Counted from the stretch's first letter, positions 45,665 through 56,375 are shown. The stretch is DNA of 64,000 nt from an uncultured Gemmatimonadaceae bacterium (GCA_963740355.1 CAVUDW010000002.1:1440001-1504000), one strand, 5' to 3'. Notes: generated by a model from the letters alone, not told the origin. Program-made: numbers and translations.

Positions 45665-45993
45665 GGTAAGTCGCTGGTGGAGATGGCGTTAGCCACCGAT
45701 CAAGGGGTCAGAGATCTTGGTCGGGGGATTCCGGCGGTAAGTCGTTGCGGCGCATCACGTTAGCCGCCGATCAAGGGGTCAGAGATCTTGGTCGGGGGAT
45801 TCCGGCGGTAAGTCGTTGCGGCGCCTCGCGTTAGCCACCGATCAAGGGGTCAGAGATCTTGGTCGATCAAGGGGTCAGAGATCTTGGTCGCGGGATTCCG
45901 GCGGTAAGTCGTTGCCGCGCCTCGCGTTAGCCACCGATCAAGGGGTCAGAGATCTTGCTCCGGCACCGAGCAAGATCTCTGACCCCTTGATCG
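45665..45993 (+). repeat. 71-bp tandem repeat array ending in a 26-bp-stem inverted repeat (REP/BIME-like)
   Basis: Cores at 45697, 45768, 45839, 45864 and 45935, plus an inverted core at 45971-45993. Confidence 0.9.
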
Positions 45994-46052
45994 CGCTGGC
46001 CCCGTGATCGCTGCGCTCTTGCTCGGCAGACCACGACGCGCTTCCTCGCCCG

Positions 46053-47306
46053 CTACTCGTACCGCAACGCGTCCACCGGATCCAGCCGCGCCGCACGGTT
46101 GGCGGGAATGATGCCGAACAACACGCCGACGAAAATCGAGGACGTCACCGCCACGATCGTCAGCGTGACAGGAAAGCCGGTGGTGATCTCAAGCAACACC
46201 GTGGCGAGTTTGCCGAGCGCGCCGCCCAGCACGACACCGAGTATTCCACCAATGCCCGTCAACGTCGCGGCTTCGACCAGGAACTGCAGGCGGATGTCGC
46301 CGGTGGTGGCGCCGAGCGCCTTGCGCAGGCCGATCTCGCGCGTGCGATCGGTGACCGACACCATCATGATCGCCATCACGCCGATGCCCCCCACCAGCAA
46401 CGCGACGCTCGACAGCACGATCAACACGAGGAAGAAGACGCTGGTGAGGCTGTTGAAGGTGTCGAGCACCTGATCCTGCGTCACGAGGTCGAAGGTGTTC
46501 TTGTCGCGCGGCCGCAATTTGCGTCCTGCGCGCAGCGTCACCGTCACGTTCGCCTGCGCGTCACTCACTGCGACGCCGGGCTTCGGCTTGACGGGAATCC
46601 AGAGGCCGTTGGTTCGATCGATCTGGAAGCCCTTGTCGAGCGTGCGATAGGGGAGAATCGCACCGATCTCCGAGCCCGGCGGCGAGAAGATATTCCCCGG
46701 CTGCACATACACACCGATCACACGGTATGGTCGGCCACCGACTTTCACCAACTTGCCGATCGGCTCGAGACGCGCGAAGACCTTTTCCGCGATGGCATCA
46801 CGGAGCACTACCACGGGATCACCGCCCACGACTTCGGCGTGTGTGAACCATCGACCGGAGGCGAGCTCACCGCCCTGAATCTCCGTGAAGCCTTCATCGG
46901 CGCCGAAGATCGCGACTGTCTGCGTGCGTGATCCTTCGTACTCCACACGCGCCAGAGTCTGGCCCCACAGTGATGCGTAGGCAATACCTGGCAGTGCACG
47001 AATGCGCTGCGCCTCGACATCGGTGAGGTCGGGCCGAATGCGGATGTATTTCGGCAGGCGATCCGGGTTCACGGGCGTCTGCGAAAACACCTTCAGTACG
47101 TAGAACGTGGTCGGGCCAGCGATCTCGATGGTGCGCACGATCTGATCGCGGATGCCTTGCACGAGGCTCGCCATCGTCATCACGGTCGAGACACCGATAA
47201 CCACACCAAGAATGGTCAGCGCCGAGCGCAGCTTGCTGGCGCGAATGGCGGCAAGCGCGATCGCGACGTTCTGCCCGAGTTGCGAAACTGCGCGCGCCGT
47301 TGCCAT
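46053..47306 (-). CDS. MacB/FtsX-family ABC permease
   Basis: LRSALTILGVVIGV, VGGIGVMAIMMVSVTDRTREIGLRKALGA and DPVDALRYE. Confidence 0.92.
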   Translation of the reverse strand: MATARAVSQLGQNVAIALAAIRASKLRSALTILGVVIGVSTVMTMASLVQGIRDQIVRTIEIAGPTTFYVLKVFSQTPVNPDRLPKYIRIRPDLTDVEAQRIRALPGIAYASLWGQTLARVEYEGSRTQTVAIFGADEGFTEIQGGELASGRWFTHAEVVGGDPVVVLRDAIAEKVFARLEPIGKLVKVGGRPYRVIGVYVQPGNIFSPPGSEIGAILPYRTLDKGFQIDRTNGLWIPVKPKPGVAVSDAQANVTVTLRAGRKLRPRDKNTFDLVTQDQVLDTFNSLTSVFFLVLIVLSSVALLVGGIGVMAIMMVSVTDRTREIGLRKALGATTGDIRLQFLVEAATLTGIGGILGVVLGGALGKLATVLLEITTGFPVTLTIVAVTSSIFVGVLFGIIPANRAARLDPVDALRYE

Positions 47307-47309
47307 CGG

Positions 47310-48551
47310 CTATTCCGACCGCAACGCGTCGATCGGATCGAGGCGTGCAGCGCGCGCGGCGGGATAGACGCCGAAGAGCACGCCCACGCCCGCACCGAGT
47401 GCGATCGCGACCGTTATCGACCACGGCGTCACCCGTGCCGGGAGCGGAGAGAGGGTGGCCACCAGCCAGGCCAACAACGCACCCAAGGCGAGGCCGAGTA
47501 TGCCGCCGAGGGCGGAGACGAACACCGACTCGGCGAGGAACTGGCGCTGGATGTCGCTGCGCGAGGCGCCAACCGCCATGCGAATCCCGATCTCGCGCGT
47601 GCGCTCCGTGACCGACATCAACATGATGTTCATGATCACCACGCCACCCACCACGATGCCGATGGCAACGACGGCGGGGATGATCGAGAAGAGTGTCTTG
47701 GTCAGCTTCTTCCAGAAGTCGACCAGTGCGTCCGCAGTCTCGATCGTGAAGTCGTCAGGCTCGCCGGGCCGCAGCCGGTGCGCCAGCCGCATCGCCTCCT
47801 GCGCGCGATTCATCACGCTCTTCATTGCCGCCGGATCGCTGACCTTGACGCTGATGGTCGTCGTCAGCCGTCGACCGTAGATCGACTCGAAGGCTGGAAT
47901 CGGCATCAGCACGAAGCCGTCGAAGCTTTGGCCGAGCACGCGGCCCTTCGGCGCCACCACGCCCGCGATCGTGAAGAGTTCGCCGCGAATCCGGATGCTC
48001 TGCCCGATCGGATCGACACCTTCGAAGAGATTCTTCGCGATGTCGTTGCCCACGACCACGACATGGCGCCGCTCGCGGATGTCGAGGTCCGTGAGTGGTG
48101 ATCCCGCCTCGAACACGTAGTCCTGCACGCGCTGGAAATCCGGCGTCACGCCGAAGATCATGGCGCTGCCGACGGCACGGTCACGCCAGGTGATGTCGGC
48201 CAACGGGGTGGGGTAGCCGGACTGCAGGCTGATGGCCGCCGCGTCGGGAAGCGCCTCCTCGATCACGCTGGCGTCGAGCTGCGAAATCAGCGGACGTTTC
48301 CGGATCTTCAGCAGCATCTCGTCGTCCACCAGGCCCAGCGAAATCGGGCCGCGGCGAACCTGGAACACATCCTTCCCGATCATCGAGCCGGCGACCTGCT
48401 CGCTGACGTAGACGTTCATGCCGTTGATGATCGCGATCACTGCGACCAGGAAGGCCACCGAGACCATGATGCCGAGCAGCGTGAAGAAGGCGCGAAACTT
48501 GTTGGCGCGAAGCTGCGTGAAGGCGGTCAGGAAAACGTCATTGAGGCGCAC
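47310..48551 (-). CDS. MacB/FtsX-family ABC permease
   Basis: IMNIMLMSVTERTREIGIRMAVGA and DPIDALRSE; GTG start inferred. Confidence 0.92.
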   Translation of the reverse strand: MRLNDVFLTAFTQLRANKFRAFFTLLGIMVSVAFLVAVIAIINGMNVYVSEQVAGSMIGKDVFQVRRGPISLGLVDDEMLLKIRKRPLISQLDASVIEEALPDAAAISLQSGYPTPLADITWRDRAVGSAMIFGVTPDFQRVQDYVFEAGSPLTDLDIRERRHVVVVGNDIAKNLFEGVDPIGQSIRIRGELFTIAGVVAPKGRVLGQSFDGFVLMPIPAFESIYGRRLTTTISVKVSDPAAMKSVMNRAQEAMRLAHRLRPGEPDDFTIETADALVDFWKKLTKTLFSIIPAVVAIGIVVGGVVIMNIMLMSVTERTREIGIRMAVGASRSDIQRQFLAESVFVSALGGILGLALGALLAWLVATLSPLPARVTPWSITVAIALGAGVGVLFGVYPAARAARLDPIDALRSE

Positions 48552-48660
48552 CCTGCAATCATAACCCGCGCGGCGGGGACGGCTGAAACAGCCGGCTGCG
48601 ACACTCGTAGAATGGGTTGCTCGCAGAGGACCATGCACTCACCGTCGCCTGCCAACCGCC

Positions 48661-49707
48661 ATGTTTTCAGTCCGTTCGGCTGTCACCTCTCTCCTGGGCG
48701 CCGCCCTCTGCGCTGCAGCGCCCGTGGCACTGCAGGCCCAGCGCGAGGAGCCACCCGCGTCCGGCGATCGCCCGACACGCGCACCGATTTCCATCGGCAA
48801 CTACCCGGACGTCGCGGGGCTGCGGCTCAACTTTCGTGACCGGAATCTGGAGCAGGTGCGTGGCATCAACGCCACCATCTGGCAGCCGTATGAGCCGGCC
48901 ACCGGCATCGTCCGCGGCCTGTCACTCGGGTTGCCGCTGACGGGCGCTGGTCGGGTCGATGGGCTGGCCATCGGCGTGCTCGGTGCCTCGGCCTACGGCA
49001 AGATCCGCGGCATTGCGCTCGGCGGAATCGGCGTCGGATCGGGTGGCGGGATGCGTGGGCTGTCGATCGGCGGCATCGGTGTCGGCTCGGGCGGTGACCT
49101 GGATGGAATCACGCTCGGAGGGATTGGAGCGGGTGGCGGTGGGAATGCGCGCGGCCTGATCGCGGGTGGCATAGGCGCCGGCGTTGGCGGCAGCATGCAC
49201 GGCATTGCGATCGGCGGCATCGGTGTCGGCGCAGGTGGCGGCGTGCGCGGACTCGCCATCGGCGGCATCGGCGTCGGCACGAGCGGCAAGTTGTCGGGCA
49301 TCGCGATCTCCGGAATCGGCACGGGTGCTGGTGGCGACATCACTGGCCTGACCATCAGCGGCATCGGTACCGGCACCGGGGCGACGATGCGCGGCATCGG
49401 CATCGCAGGCGTCGGGTTGGGAGCGCCGCGGTTAGTCGGTGGCTTTCTCGCCCCGATGGTGGGTTCACTGAATGCCCACGCAATCGTGATCGCACCGATC
49501 TTCTTCAAGATCGAGAAGGGCGGCAGCTTCCGCGGTGGCGCTCTGAGCGCGGTGAACGACGTGCGCGGCACACAGCGTGGTCTGACGATCGGCATCGTCA
49601 ACTATGCGCGCACGCTGCACGGCCTCCAGCTCGGCGTGATCAACATCATCGCCGACCAGAAGTCACACTCGGTATTGCCGATCGCGAATTGGGGCAGCGG
49701 GCGATAG
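48661..49707 (+). CDS. secreted Gly-rich repeat protein
   Basis: Signal peptide; about ten 16-residue repeats like RGLAIGGIGVGxGGxx; ends GLQLGVINI...LPIANW. Confidence 0.8.
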   Translation: MFSVRSAVTSLLGAALCAAAPVALQAQREEPPASGDRPTRAPISIGNYPDVAGLRLNFRDRNLEQVRGINATIWQPYEPATGIVRGLSLGLPLTGAGRVDGLAIGVLGASAYGKIRGIALGGIGVGSGGGMRGLSIGGIGVGSGGDLDGITLGGIGAGGGGNARGLIAGGIGAGVGGSMHGIAIGGIGVGAGGGVRGLAIGGIGVGTSGKLSGIAISGIGTGAGGDITGLTISGIGTGTGATMRGIGIAGVGLGAPRLVGGFLAPMVGSLNAHAIVIAPIFFKIEKGGSFRGGALSAVNDVRGTQRGLTIGIVNYARTLHGLQLGVINIIADQKSHSVLPIANWGSGR

Positions 49708-49715
49708 CCTGACTT

Positions 49716-50111
49716 CTACTCGGCGTCTGCAGCCGCTGCTTTCGGGGTCGCCTGGCGCAAACTCCGTCGCAGGTACCAGGCACTCGCTGCCGCGATTGCA
49801 ATGAGGAGCGCCGCGCCGGTGCGCAGACCATCGCGGGCTGCAGGTTCGAGTTCCAGCAACGGGCCGAGCGCGATGATCATCGCCGCAGCGACCGCGCCCC
49901 AGATGCCAATCGCCCACGAGGTCCATTCGGCGCGCTGCCAGATGCCGATCACCGCGGCGAGCGACAATCCGCCGACCGCGAACTGCCAGTACATCAACGC
50001 GGCCGGCGCTTCCGCGGGGTGACGCAGGATCCTGAGCGCCTCGTTGAGCGCGTTGCCGCCGACGCAGGTGAACATCACGATCAGGAGCCAGTGGCCAATC
50101 GGTCGCCGCAT
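49716..50111 (-). CDS. hypothetical membrane protein, about four TM segments
   Basis: 131 aa with hydrophobic segments; GAGGA upstream. Confidence 0.65.
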   Translation of the reverse strand: MRRPIGHWLLIVMFTCVGGNALNEALRILRHPAEAPAALMYWQFAVGGLSLAAVIGIWQRAEWTSWAIGIWGAVAAAMIIALGPLLELEPAARDGLRTGAALLIAIAAASAWYLRRSLRQATPKAAAADAE

Positions 50112-50151
50112 CGGGTGTTCCTCGCGGATGTGAAACGCAGCTTACGGCCGG

Positions 50152-50195
50152 AAACAGAAACGCCGGTCCGCTCGAGGAAGCAGACCGGCGTTTTT
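50152..50195 (-). terminator. probable Rho-independent terminator of the exporter operon
   Basis: AAACGCCGGTC...GACCGGCGTTT stem with T-rich tails on both strands, just after the permease stop at 50207. Confidence 0.7.
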
Positions 50196-50206
50196 GTGCA
50201 TGGAGA

Positions 50207-51457
50207 CTACTCGTAGCGGAGCGCGACCACAGGATCGAGCCGCGCGGCCCTGAACGCTGGGATGATGCCGAACAGCACCCCGGTGAAGATGCTGCCGCCG
50301 ATCGCCGCCACCACCGAGATCAGCGGAATCTCCGCCGGGATCGGGAAGTTGCTTCGCACGACGAAGGCAACCAGTGCCCCAAGTCCGAGGCCAATCGCAC
50401 CGCCAATGCCAGTCAGCGTCGCCGCCTCGACCAGGAACTGCCAAAGGATCAGGCCCGCCGTCGCACCGAGCGCTTTTCGCACACCGATTTCCCGTGTACG
50501 CTCGGTGACGCTGATCATCATGATCGCGATCACGCCCACGCCACCCACCAGCAGGCCAACCGCCGAGAGTGAGAGCATGACGATGAAGAAGGTGCCGACG
50601 ATCTTGTTGTAGGTCTCGAGGATCTTGTCCTGCGTGATGATCGCGAAGTTGTTGTCGACGCCGGGACGGAGGCGGCGCTTGGCGCGCAGTGCCGCCGTGA
50701 CGTCATCGATTGCCTGGTCGCGGCTCACGCCGTCGCGGGGACGCACCGAGATGTTGATCCACCACGGCCGCGCGTTGAGCGCGGTGATCGAGGCCTGCAT
50801 CGGCATGTAGACGTTGGCGTCGTTGTCATTACCGAGCGGGTTGATCGGCTTGTCGTACAGGCCGATCACCTCGAAGGGCACGTCGCCGATCTGGATCTGC
50901 TTGCCGATCGGATCGCTGTCACCGAAGAGCTTCTCCCGCAACGCCTTGTTCAGCACCGCCACGCGCGACCCCGCGTTATTCTCCGCATCGGTCCACGAGC
51001 GGCCTGCGACGATGGTGCCACCGTCGATCATCAGCCAGTCGGTGCTGAACGCCTGCACCTGCACCGATGACAGGAAGTTGCCCCGGTACCGTGCGCTGGC
51101 GCCGGTGTTGATCTGCGTGATCACGGCCCGCACGGAGGGGAGCGAGCGGAACGTCGCTGCATCACTCACGTTCAGGCGCGGATTGCGGCGCCACTTGCAG
51201 GTGTCGTCGCTTCCGTCGCAGGCCTCGAAGCTGATCGGTGCCCGGGACACGAAGAAGGTGTTCGGACCGGCAGCCGAGATGTCCTTGGTCACGGCGTTGT
51301 TGATGCCCGTGATCATTGCACCGATCGCAACGACCACGAACACACCAACGGAAACGCCGAGGATCGTGAGGCCGGCACGCACCTTGTTGGCACGGATCGA
51401 CTCGAGTGCGATGCCGACACCCTCGACCGTGCCGCTGATTGTCGTCTTCACTGACAT
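50207..51457 (-). CDS. MacB/FtsX-family ABC permease
   Basis: NKVRAGLTILGV, SVTERTREIGVRKALGA and DPVVALRYE. Confidence 0.92.
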   Translation of the reverse strand: MSVKTTISGTVEGVGIALESIRANKVRAGLTILGVSVGVFVVVAIGAMITGINNAVTKDISAAGPNTFFVSRAPISFEACDGSDDTCKWRRNPRLNVSDAATFRSLPSVRAVITQINTGASARYRGNFLSSVQVQAFSTDWLMIDGGTIVAGRSWTDAENNAGSRVAVLNKALREKLFGDSDPIGKQIQIGDVPFEVIGLYDKPINPLGNDNDANVYMPMQASITALNARPWWINISVRPRDGVSRDQAIDDVTAALRAKRRLRPGVDNNFAIITQDKILETYNKIVGTFFIVMLSLSAVGLLVGGVGVIAIMMISVTERTREIGVRKALGATAGLILWQFLVEAATLTGIGGAIGLGLGALVAFVVRSNFPIPAEIPLISVVAAIGGSIFTGVLFGIIPAFRAARLDPVVALRYE

Positions 51458-51461
51458 GTGA

Positions 51462-52706
51462 TCACTCCGAGCGGAGGGCGACGACCGGGTCGAGCCGGCT
51501 GGCGCGTGAGGCGGGGTAGACGCCGGCGATGATTCCGACGCCAGCACCAACGAGCACCGCAAGGATGACGGACCAGAGCGCAATCGCGGCCGGCAGCGGT
51601 GTCAGGCTGGAGATGATCTTTGCCAGCAGCGCACCCAGACCCACACCGACGGCGGCGCCAAGGATCGAGAGCGTGGTGGATTCGACGAGGAACTGCGCCA
51701 TGATGTCGCGACGCCGGGCACCGAGCGACTTTCGCACCCCGATCTCACGGGTACGCTCGGCCACCGCCACGAGCATGATGTTCATGATCACGATCGCGCC
51801 CACGATCAGCCCGATCGCTGGCAACACCACACCGGCCAGCACCAGGTACTGCTTGATCTTGGCGAAGAACGAGAGTGCTGATGCCGACGTCTCGAGGACG
51901 AAGTTGTCCTTCTGGCCGGGCCGCAGCTTGCGAATGGAGCGCATCGCGGCCTGCACGTCCTGCATCGTGGCGTTCATCACCTGCTCATTCGGACTCTTGA
52001 CCATCACCGCGTCGATCACGCCCTTCTGGCGGTTCGTCAACCGGCGCAGCGGCGAGGTGTATGGTGCAATCGCGAACTTGTCGAAGGAGATGCCGAGGGC
52101 GCTGCCCTGTGATTCCGCGACACCGATGATGGTGTAGGGGAGGTTGCCGAGGCGCAGCTCCTTGCCGATCGCGTCGGTGTTCGGGAAGAAGTGTTCCTTC
52201 ACGTCCTTTCCGATCACGACCACCAACGAACCCATGGCATCTTCCTGCGGCGAGAAGATCCGCCCCGATGCCACACCCATCTTCTTGATCTCGAAGTAGT
52301 TGCGGGTCGTGTTGTAGATCTGGACACTCTTCGGACGACCGGTCACCGTCGTGGCCGTCGTGTTGTCCTGGCTCATCGGGGCCCACAGGATGCCTTCCGG
52401 CAATGCGGCCGTGATGAGCGGCACATCGGAGTCCATCAGGCGCGGGCGACGCTGATACTCGCGCCACTGCTCCTCGGTGGTGTTGCCGATGTTCACGTTC
52501 GGGCGCGAGCGGACTTCGAAGGTGTTGACCGCGAGGATCTTGCCGACGAGGTCATCCTCCATGTACCGACTCATCCCCTCGACGATCGCGACCACGGCGA
52601 TGAGGAAGGTGACGCCGATGCAGACGCCCAGCATCGTGAAGAAGCTCTTCAGCTTCTGCGTGCGGATCGTCTGCAGCGCGAGCAGGACGGCCTCGAAAAG
52701 CGGCAT
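51462..52706 (-). CDS. MacB/FtsX-family ABC permease
   Basis: IMNIMLVAVAERTREIGVRKSLGA and DPVVALRSE. Confidence 0.92.
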   Translation of the reverse strand: MPLFEAVLLALQTIRTQKLKSFFTMLGVCIGVTFLIAVVAIVEGMSRYMEDDLVGKILAVNTFEVRSRPNVNIGNTTEEQWREYQRRPRLMDSDVPLITAALPEGILWAPMSQDNTTATTVTGRPKSVQIYNTTRNYFEIKKMGVASGRIFSPQEDAMGSLVVVIGKDVKEHFFPNTDAIGKELRLGNLPYTIIGVAESQGSALGISFDKFAIAPYTSPLRRLTNRQKGVIDAVMVKSPNEQVMNATMQDVQAAMRSIRKLRPGQKDNFVLETSASALSFFAKIKQYLVLAGVVLPAIGLIVGAIVIMNIMLVAVAERTREIGVRKSLGARRRDIMAQFLVESTTLSILGAAVGVGLGALLAKIISSLTPLPAAIALWSVILAVLVGAGVGIIAGVYPASRASRLDPVVALRSE

Positions 52707-52708
52707 CG

Positions 52709-53509
52709 CTAGTGTCCCTGGCCCATGCGGCTGCGGAAGACTTCTCCGCTGTCATCGCTGGCGATGACACCATCACGCAACACGACAACGCGGCGTGCAT
52801 GCGCCGCGATGTCGGGTTCGTGCGTCACCATGATCACCGTTTGGCCCTGTGCCGCGAGGCTTTCAAAGACGCGCATGATTTCTTCCGAGGTCTGCGAATC
52901 GAGGTTACCCGTCGGTTCGTCGGCCAGGAGGATCGAGGGTTCGTTCACGAGGGCACGGGCGATCGCGACACGCTGACGCTGGCCGCCCGAGAGTTCGTTC
53001 GGCTTGTGCGACATACGCTCGGCCAGCTGCACGCGCTCCAGGGCCTGCGCCGCACGCTTCTTCCGCTCGCCGCTGGAAATGCCGGCATACACCAGCGGCA
53101 GCTCCACATTCTGGAGTGCGCTGGCACGCGGCAGCAGGTTGAATGTCTGGAACACGAACCCGATCTCCTTGTTGCGGACGTGCGCGAGCGCATCATCCGT
53201 CATCTTCGAGACCTGTTGTCCGTTGAGCCAATACTCACCGCTGCTCGGTGTGTCGAGGCAGCCGATCAGGTTCATCAGCGTCGACTTGCCCGAGCCTGAC
53301 GGGCCCATGATGGCGACGTATTCATTGCGACGCACGGCGAGGTCGACGCCACGCAGCGCGCGCACGATTTCGCCGCCCATCTCGTACTGGCGGGTGATGC
53401 CACGGGTGACGATGACCCAGTCCTTCTCCGGCGCGGCTCCCTGCGCCGAGGAGACGGCGCGGCGTTCCCCGGTGACGGTCAGCCCCTCGGGCGCAGATGG
53501 TGAACTCAC
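52709..53509 (-). CDS. ABC ATPase, MacB/LolD type
   Basis: [27 protein letters not shown] and VTH. Confidence 0.95.
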   Translation of the reverse strand: MSSPSAPEGLTVTGERRAVSSAQGAAPEKDWVIVTRGITRQYEMGGEIVRALRGVDLAVRRNEYVAIMGPSGSGKSTLMNLIGCLDTPSSGEYWLNGQQVSKMTDDALAHVRNKEIGFVFQTFNLLPRASALQNVELPLVYAGISSGERKKRAAQALERVQLAERMSHKPNELSGGQRQRVAIARALVNEPSILLADEPTGNLDSQTSEEIMRVFESLAAQGQTVIMVTHEPDIAAHARRVVVLRDGVIASDDSGEVFRSRMGQGH

Positions 53510-54795
53510 GCCTTCTTCTCCTTCTTGCCCTTGGTGGTGTCCGCCACTTCTTCCTTCACGATGGCGCCTTCATGCAACTCGCGGATTGCCTGGTACGTGC
53601 CAGAGACGATGCGGTCACCTGCCTTCAGGCCACCCAGCACCTCGAAGTAGCGGTCGCCGGCGATACCGACCTTCACGGGGCGGAAGCTGACGGTGTTGCC
53701 GGTGTTCACCACGAACACGCCTTCCACGTCGCGCTTGCCAACCTGCTTGCCGGCGGCCTTTCGGCCGGCCGGTGCCTGAGCCGTGTCGCCATTCACGATC
53801 GCCGAGTCTTCGCGCACGGTGAGCGCGATGATCGGGATCGAGAGCACCTTGGTGCGCACGTCCGTGATCACCTTCGCGGTGGCGGAGAAGTCAGGGCGCG
53901 TCTCGTTCGGCGCATTGACCAGCTGCACGACGACTTCATAGTCGACGGCCTGATCTGACGCCTGTGTGGTGGCCGCCGCCTTCACCGAGCTGTTGGCGAT
54001 GCGCACCACGCGACCCACGAAGGTGGTGTCGGGGAAGGCATCGATCTGCACCACGGCCGAGTCGCCGAGCTTGATGCGCGACACGTCGGTTTCGTCGACC
54101 TTGATCTTCGTCTCGAGGATCGAGAGATCGGAGATCGTCAGCAGCGTGGCGGCATCCTTGTTGAGCGTGCCCTGAATGGCGGTTTCACCATTCTCGACGT
54201 TCAGGCGCGTCACGCGACCGGACATCGGCGCGAGGATCGTGGTGCGGCTAAGCGCGAAACGGGAGTCACGCACGGCTGCTTCCGACTGCTCGACGCTGAA
54301 CTTCGCGGCATCGGACAGCGCCTGGTTCACCTCAACCTGCGTGCGGAGCTGCTCCAGCTGTTCATCGGACAGCAGGGTCGGCGTGGCCTTCTTGATCTCG
54401 GCCGACCGATCGTAGTTGCGCTTGGCCTGGATGAAGTTGGCGCTGGCCTGTGCGAACTGCGCCTTGGCCGAGGCCAACGCGGCCTGCGAGCGCTGCAACG
54501 CGGCTTCGTACTGCTGCGGATCGATCTGCAGCAGGAACTGTCCCTTGGTGACCAGGTCGCCTTCCTTCACCGACAGGCGAATGATCTTGCCCGTGATGTC
54601 CGCGCTGACGTCCACCTTGGTGCGGGGGCGCACCTGACCGCTGGCCGTGACGCTGGCCACCAGGTCACGTGCTTCGACCGCCTCGATCTTGACCGTGGCC
54701 GCCTTGTTGTTGCCCTTCTGCTTGGCCACATACGCTGCAGCACCCAGTGCCGCGATGACCGCGACTGCGATCCCGATCTTTACGCCTTTCGTCAT
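53506..54795 (-). CDS. periplasmic adaptor / membrane fusion protein (MacA-like)
   Basis: N-terminal TM anchor, lipoyl halves (V.EGD.V.KGQ.L and APMSG.V) and a coiled-coil hairpin. Confidence 0.92.
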   Translation of the reverse strand: MTKGVKIGIAVAVIAALGAAAYVAKQKGNNKAATVKIEAVEARDLVASVTASGQVRPRTKVDVSADITGKIIRLSVKEGDLVTKGQFLLQIDPQQYEAALQRSQAALASAKAQFAQASANFIQAKRNYDRSAEIKKATPTLLSDEQLEQLRTQVEVNQALSDAAKFSVEQSEAAVRDSRFALSRTTILAPMSGRVTRLNVENGETAIQGTLNKDAATLLTISDLSILETKIKVDETDVSRIKLGDSAVVQIDAFPDTTFVGRVVRIANSSVKAAATTQASDQAVDYEVVVQLVNAPNETRPDFSATAKVITDVRTKVLSIPIIALTVREDSAIVNGDTAQAPAGRKAAGKQVGKRDVEGVFVVNTGNTVSFRPVKVGIAGDRYFEVLGGLKAGDRIVSGTYQAIRELHEGAIVKEEVADTTKGKKEKKA

Positions 54796-54813
54796 GTGAT
54801 TCTCGTAGGTGGG

Positions 54814-56295
54814 TCAGCGCAGGCGACGGCCGACAGCTAGCTCAAGCGCGGCGAATGCCCGGTGGAAATCGTACACAGCGGTAATACGGTCGTTCTCGGC
54901 ACGCGCAAACACCGCGCGTGCATCCGCGACGTCGAGGAACGTCGCCTGTCCAACACGATAGCGGGTCTCGGCGAGGAGGAGTGCTTCGCGAGCCAGCTTC
55001 CCGTTGGCTTCCTGGATGGCGACGGTCTGCTGCGCGGCATCGAGGTTGAGATAGGCGGTGCGCACGGCCTGCTGCGCAGCCAGTTCCTGCTGACGGACGG
55101 CCTGCTTTGCGTTGTCGCGAGCGACTGCAGCCTCGGCGACACGCTGCTCACGCTGCCAGCCGTTGAAGATCGGCAGCGTGAATTGCGCATTCACGTTGTA
55201 CGGATTGCGCGTGTAGCTGAACGGGAACGCGTTGTTGGAAGCGCGCGCGGCCGAGATTTCTGCCGGCGTGAGTGCGATCGCGGCGCAGGTCGTGGGATCG
55301 AATGGCTGCCCCACGATCTGGAGCACGCTGCCGCGCTGGTAGCAGCCGCTCTGCTTGCTCGCGAGCGCCTGCGTGACGGGGAAGTTGTTGTCGGTGTACG
55401 AGTTCGTGAATCCGCCATACCCGGCCGAGAGCGAGAACTGCGGCAGGTATGCGGCCTTCGCGATGCGCTGGTTGACGGCTGCGGCATCTTCGCGGCCGCG
55501 GCGCGCGATGACGTTCGGGTTGGCGCGCTTCGACAACTCGATCAGGTCCGCGAGGCTGGTGCCGACGGGAGCGACCGCAAACGTGCTCGTGAGGGCGACG
55601 TCGGTGGCTGGCGGGCTGACGCCAAGATTCTCGAACAGGCGGAGCTTCTCGATTGCCAACGTATTGCGGGCCTGAATCACCTGCACGCGCTGCTGCCCGA
55701 GGGCGACTTCCGCGCGTTGCACATCGAGCGTGGTGGCGCTGCCGGCGGCGAGCTTGGCCTTCGCCAGGTCCACCTGCAGGCGGTTGCTCTCGAGCAGCGT
55801 GTCCTGCAGGATGGCGCGGGCCTGTGCTTGCAGCGCGATCACATACTGCTGTGTGACGGTGCTGCGCAGTTGCTGGGATGCGGCATCCGCTTCCGCCTCG
55901 GTCGCGCGCTCGGCGAGCTTCGACGCGCGCGGCTGCAGCAGCACATCGAGACCGTAGGTGAGCGAGGCATTGAGGCTGGCGCTGGAGCCGATCGTGTTCG
56001 CGTTGGCACCGAAGCCGACGCCGTTGAACACCTGCTGACGCCCTTCGCGCCAGGAGAAGCCCGCGGACGAACCGACGTTCGGAAGCAACTGTCCGTACGC
56101 GCTGCGTGTCGCAGCTGCAGCGGTACGGCGCGCGTTCAGTGATTGCCGGAGCTGGGGATTGTTCGCCAGAGCGAGCTCCACCGCCTGCTCGACGCTGAGC
56201 GCCGAGGGCGCTGGCGTGCCCTGCGCACCAGCCACAAGAGGGAAGAGCAGCGCGGCGGCGAGGCCACGAGACAGAGCGTTCATCGGCATTGGCAA
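54814..56295 (-). CDS. TolC-family outer membrane channel
   Basis: Signal peptide, A..ALANNP, AAYLPQFSLS, LPIFNG and RYRVG.AT.LDV. Confidence 0.9.
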   Translation of the reverse strand: MPMPMNALSRGLAAALLFPLVAGAQGTPAPSALSVEQAVELALANNPQLRQSLNARRTAAAATRSAYGQLLPNVGSSAGFSWREGRQQVFNGVGFGANANTIGSSASLNASLTYGLDVLLQPRASKLAERATEAEADAASQQLRSTVTQQYVIALQAQARAILQDTLLESNRLQVDLAKAKLAAGSATTLDVQRAEVALGQQRVQVIQARNTLAIEKLRLFENLGVSPPATDVALTSTFAVAPVGTSLADLIELSKRANPNVIARRGREDAAAVNQRIAKAAYLPQFSLSAGYGGFTNSYTDNNFPVTQALASKQSGCYQRGSVLQIVGQPFDPTTCAAIALTPAEISAARASNNAFPFSYTRNPYNVNAQFTLPIFNGWQREQRVAEAAVARDNAKQAVRQQELAAQQAVRTAYLNLDAAQQTVAIQEANGKLAREALLLAETRYRVGQATFLDVADARAVFARAENDRITAVYDFHRAFAALELAVGRRLR

Positions 56296-56375
56296 GGTAG
56301 GAGTGATCGGACTGAGCCAGCGTACGGGCTCGGTCGGGGTACGGTTTCAGGGCACCGGTGCGTTGGGCCAGCTGG

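Noticed and set aside
45665..45993. CRISPR array
   Set aside because: Sequences between the cores are near-identical rather than unique spacers, one core is inverted, and no cas genes are in the window.
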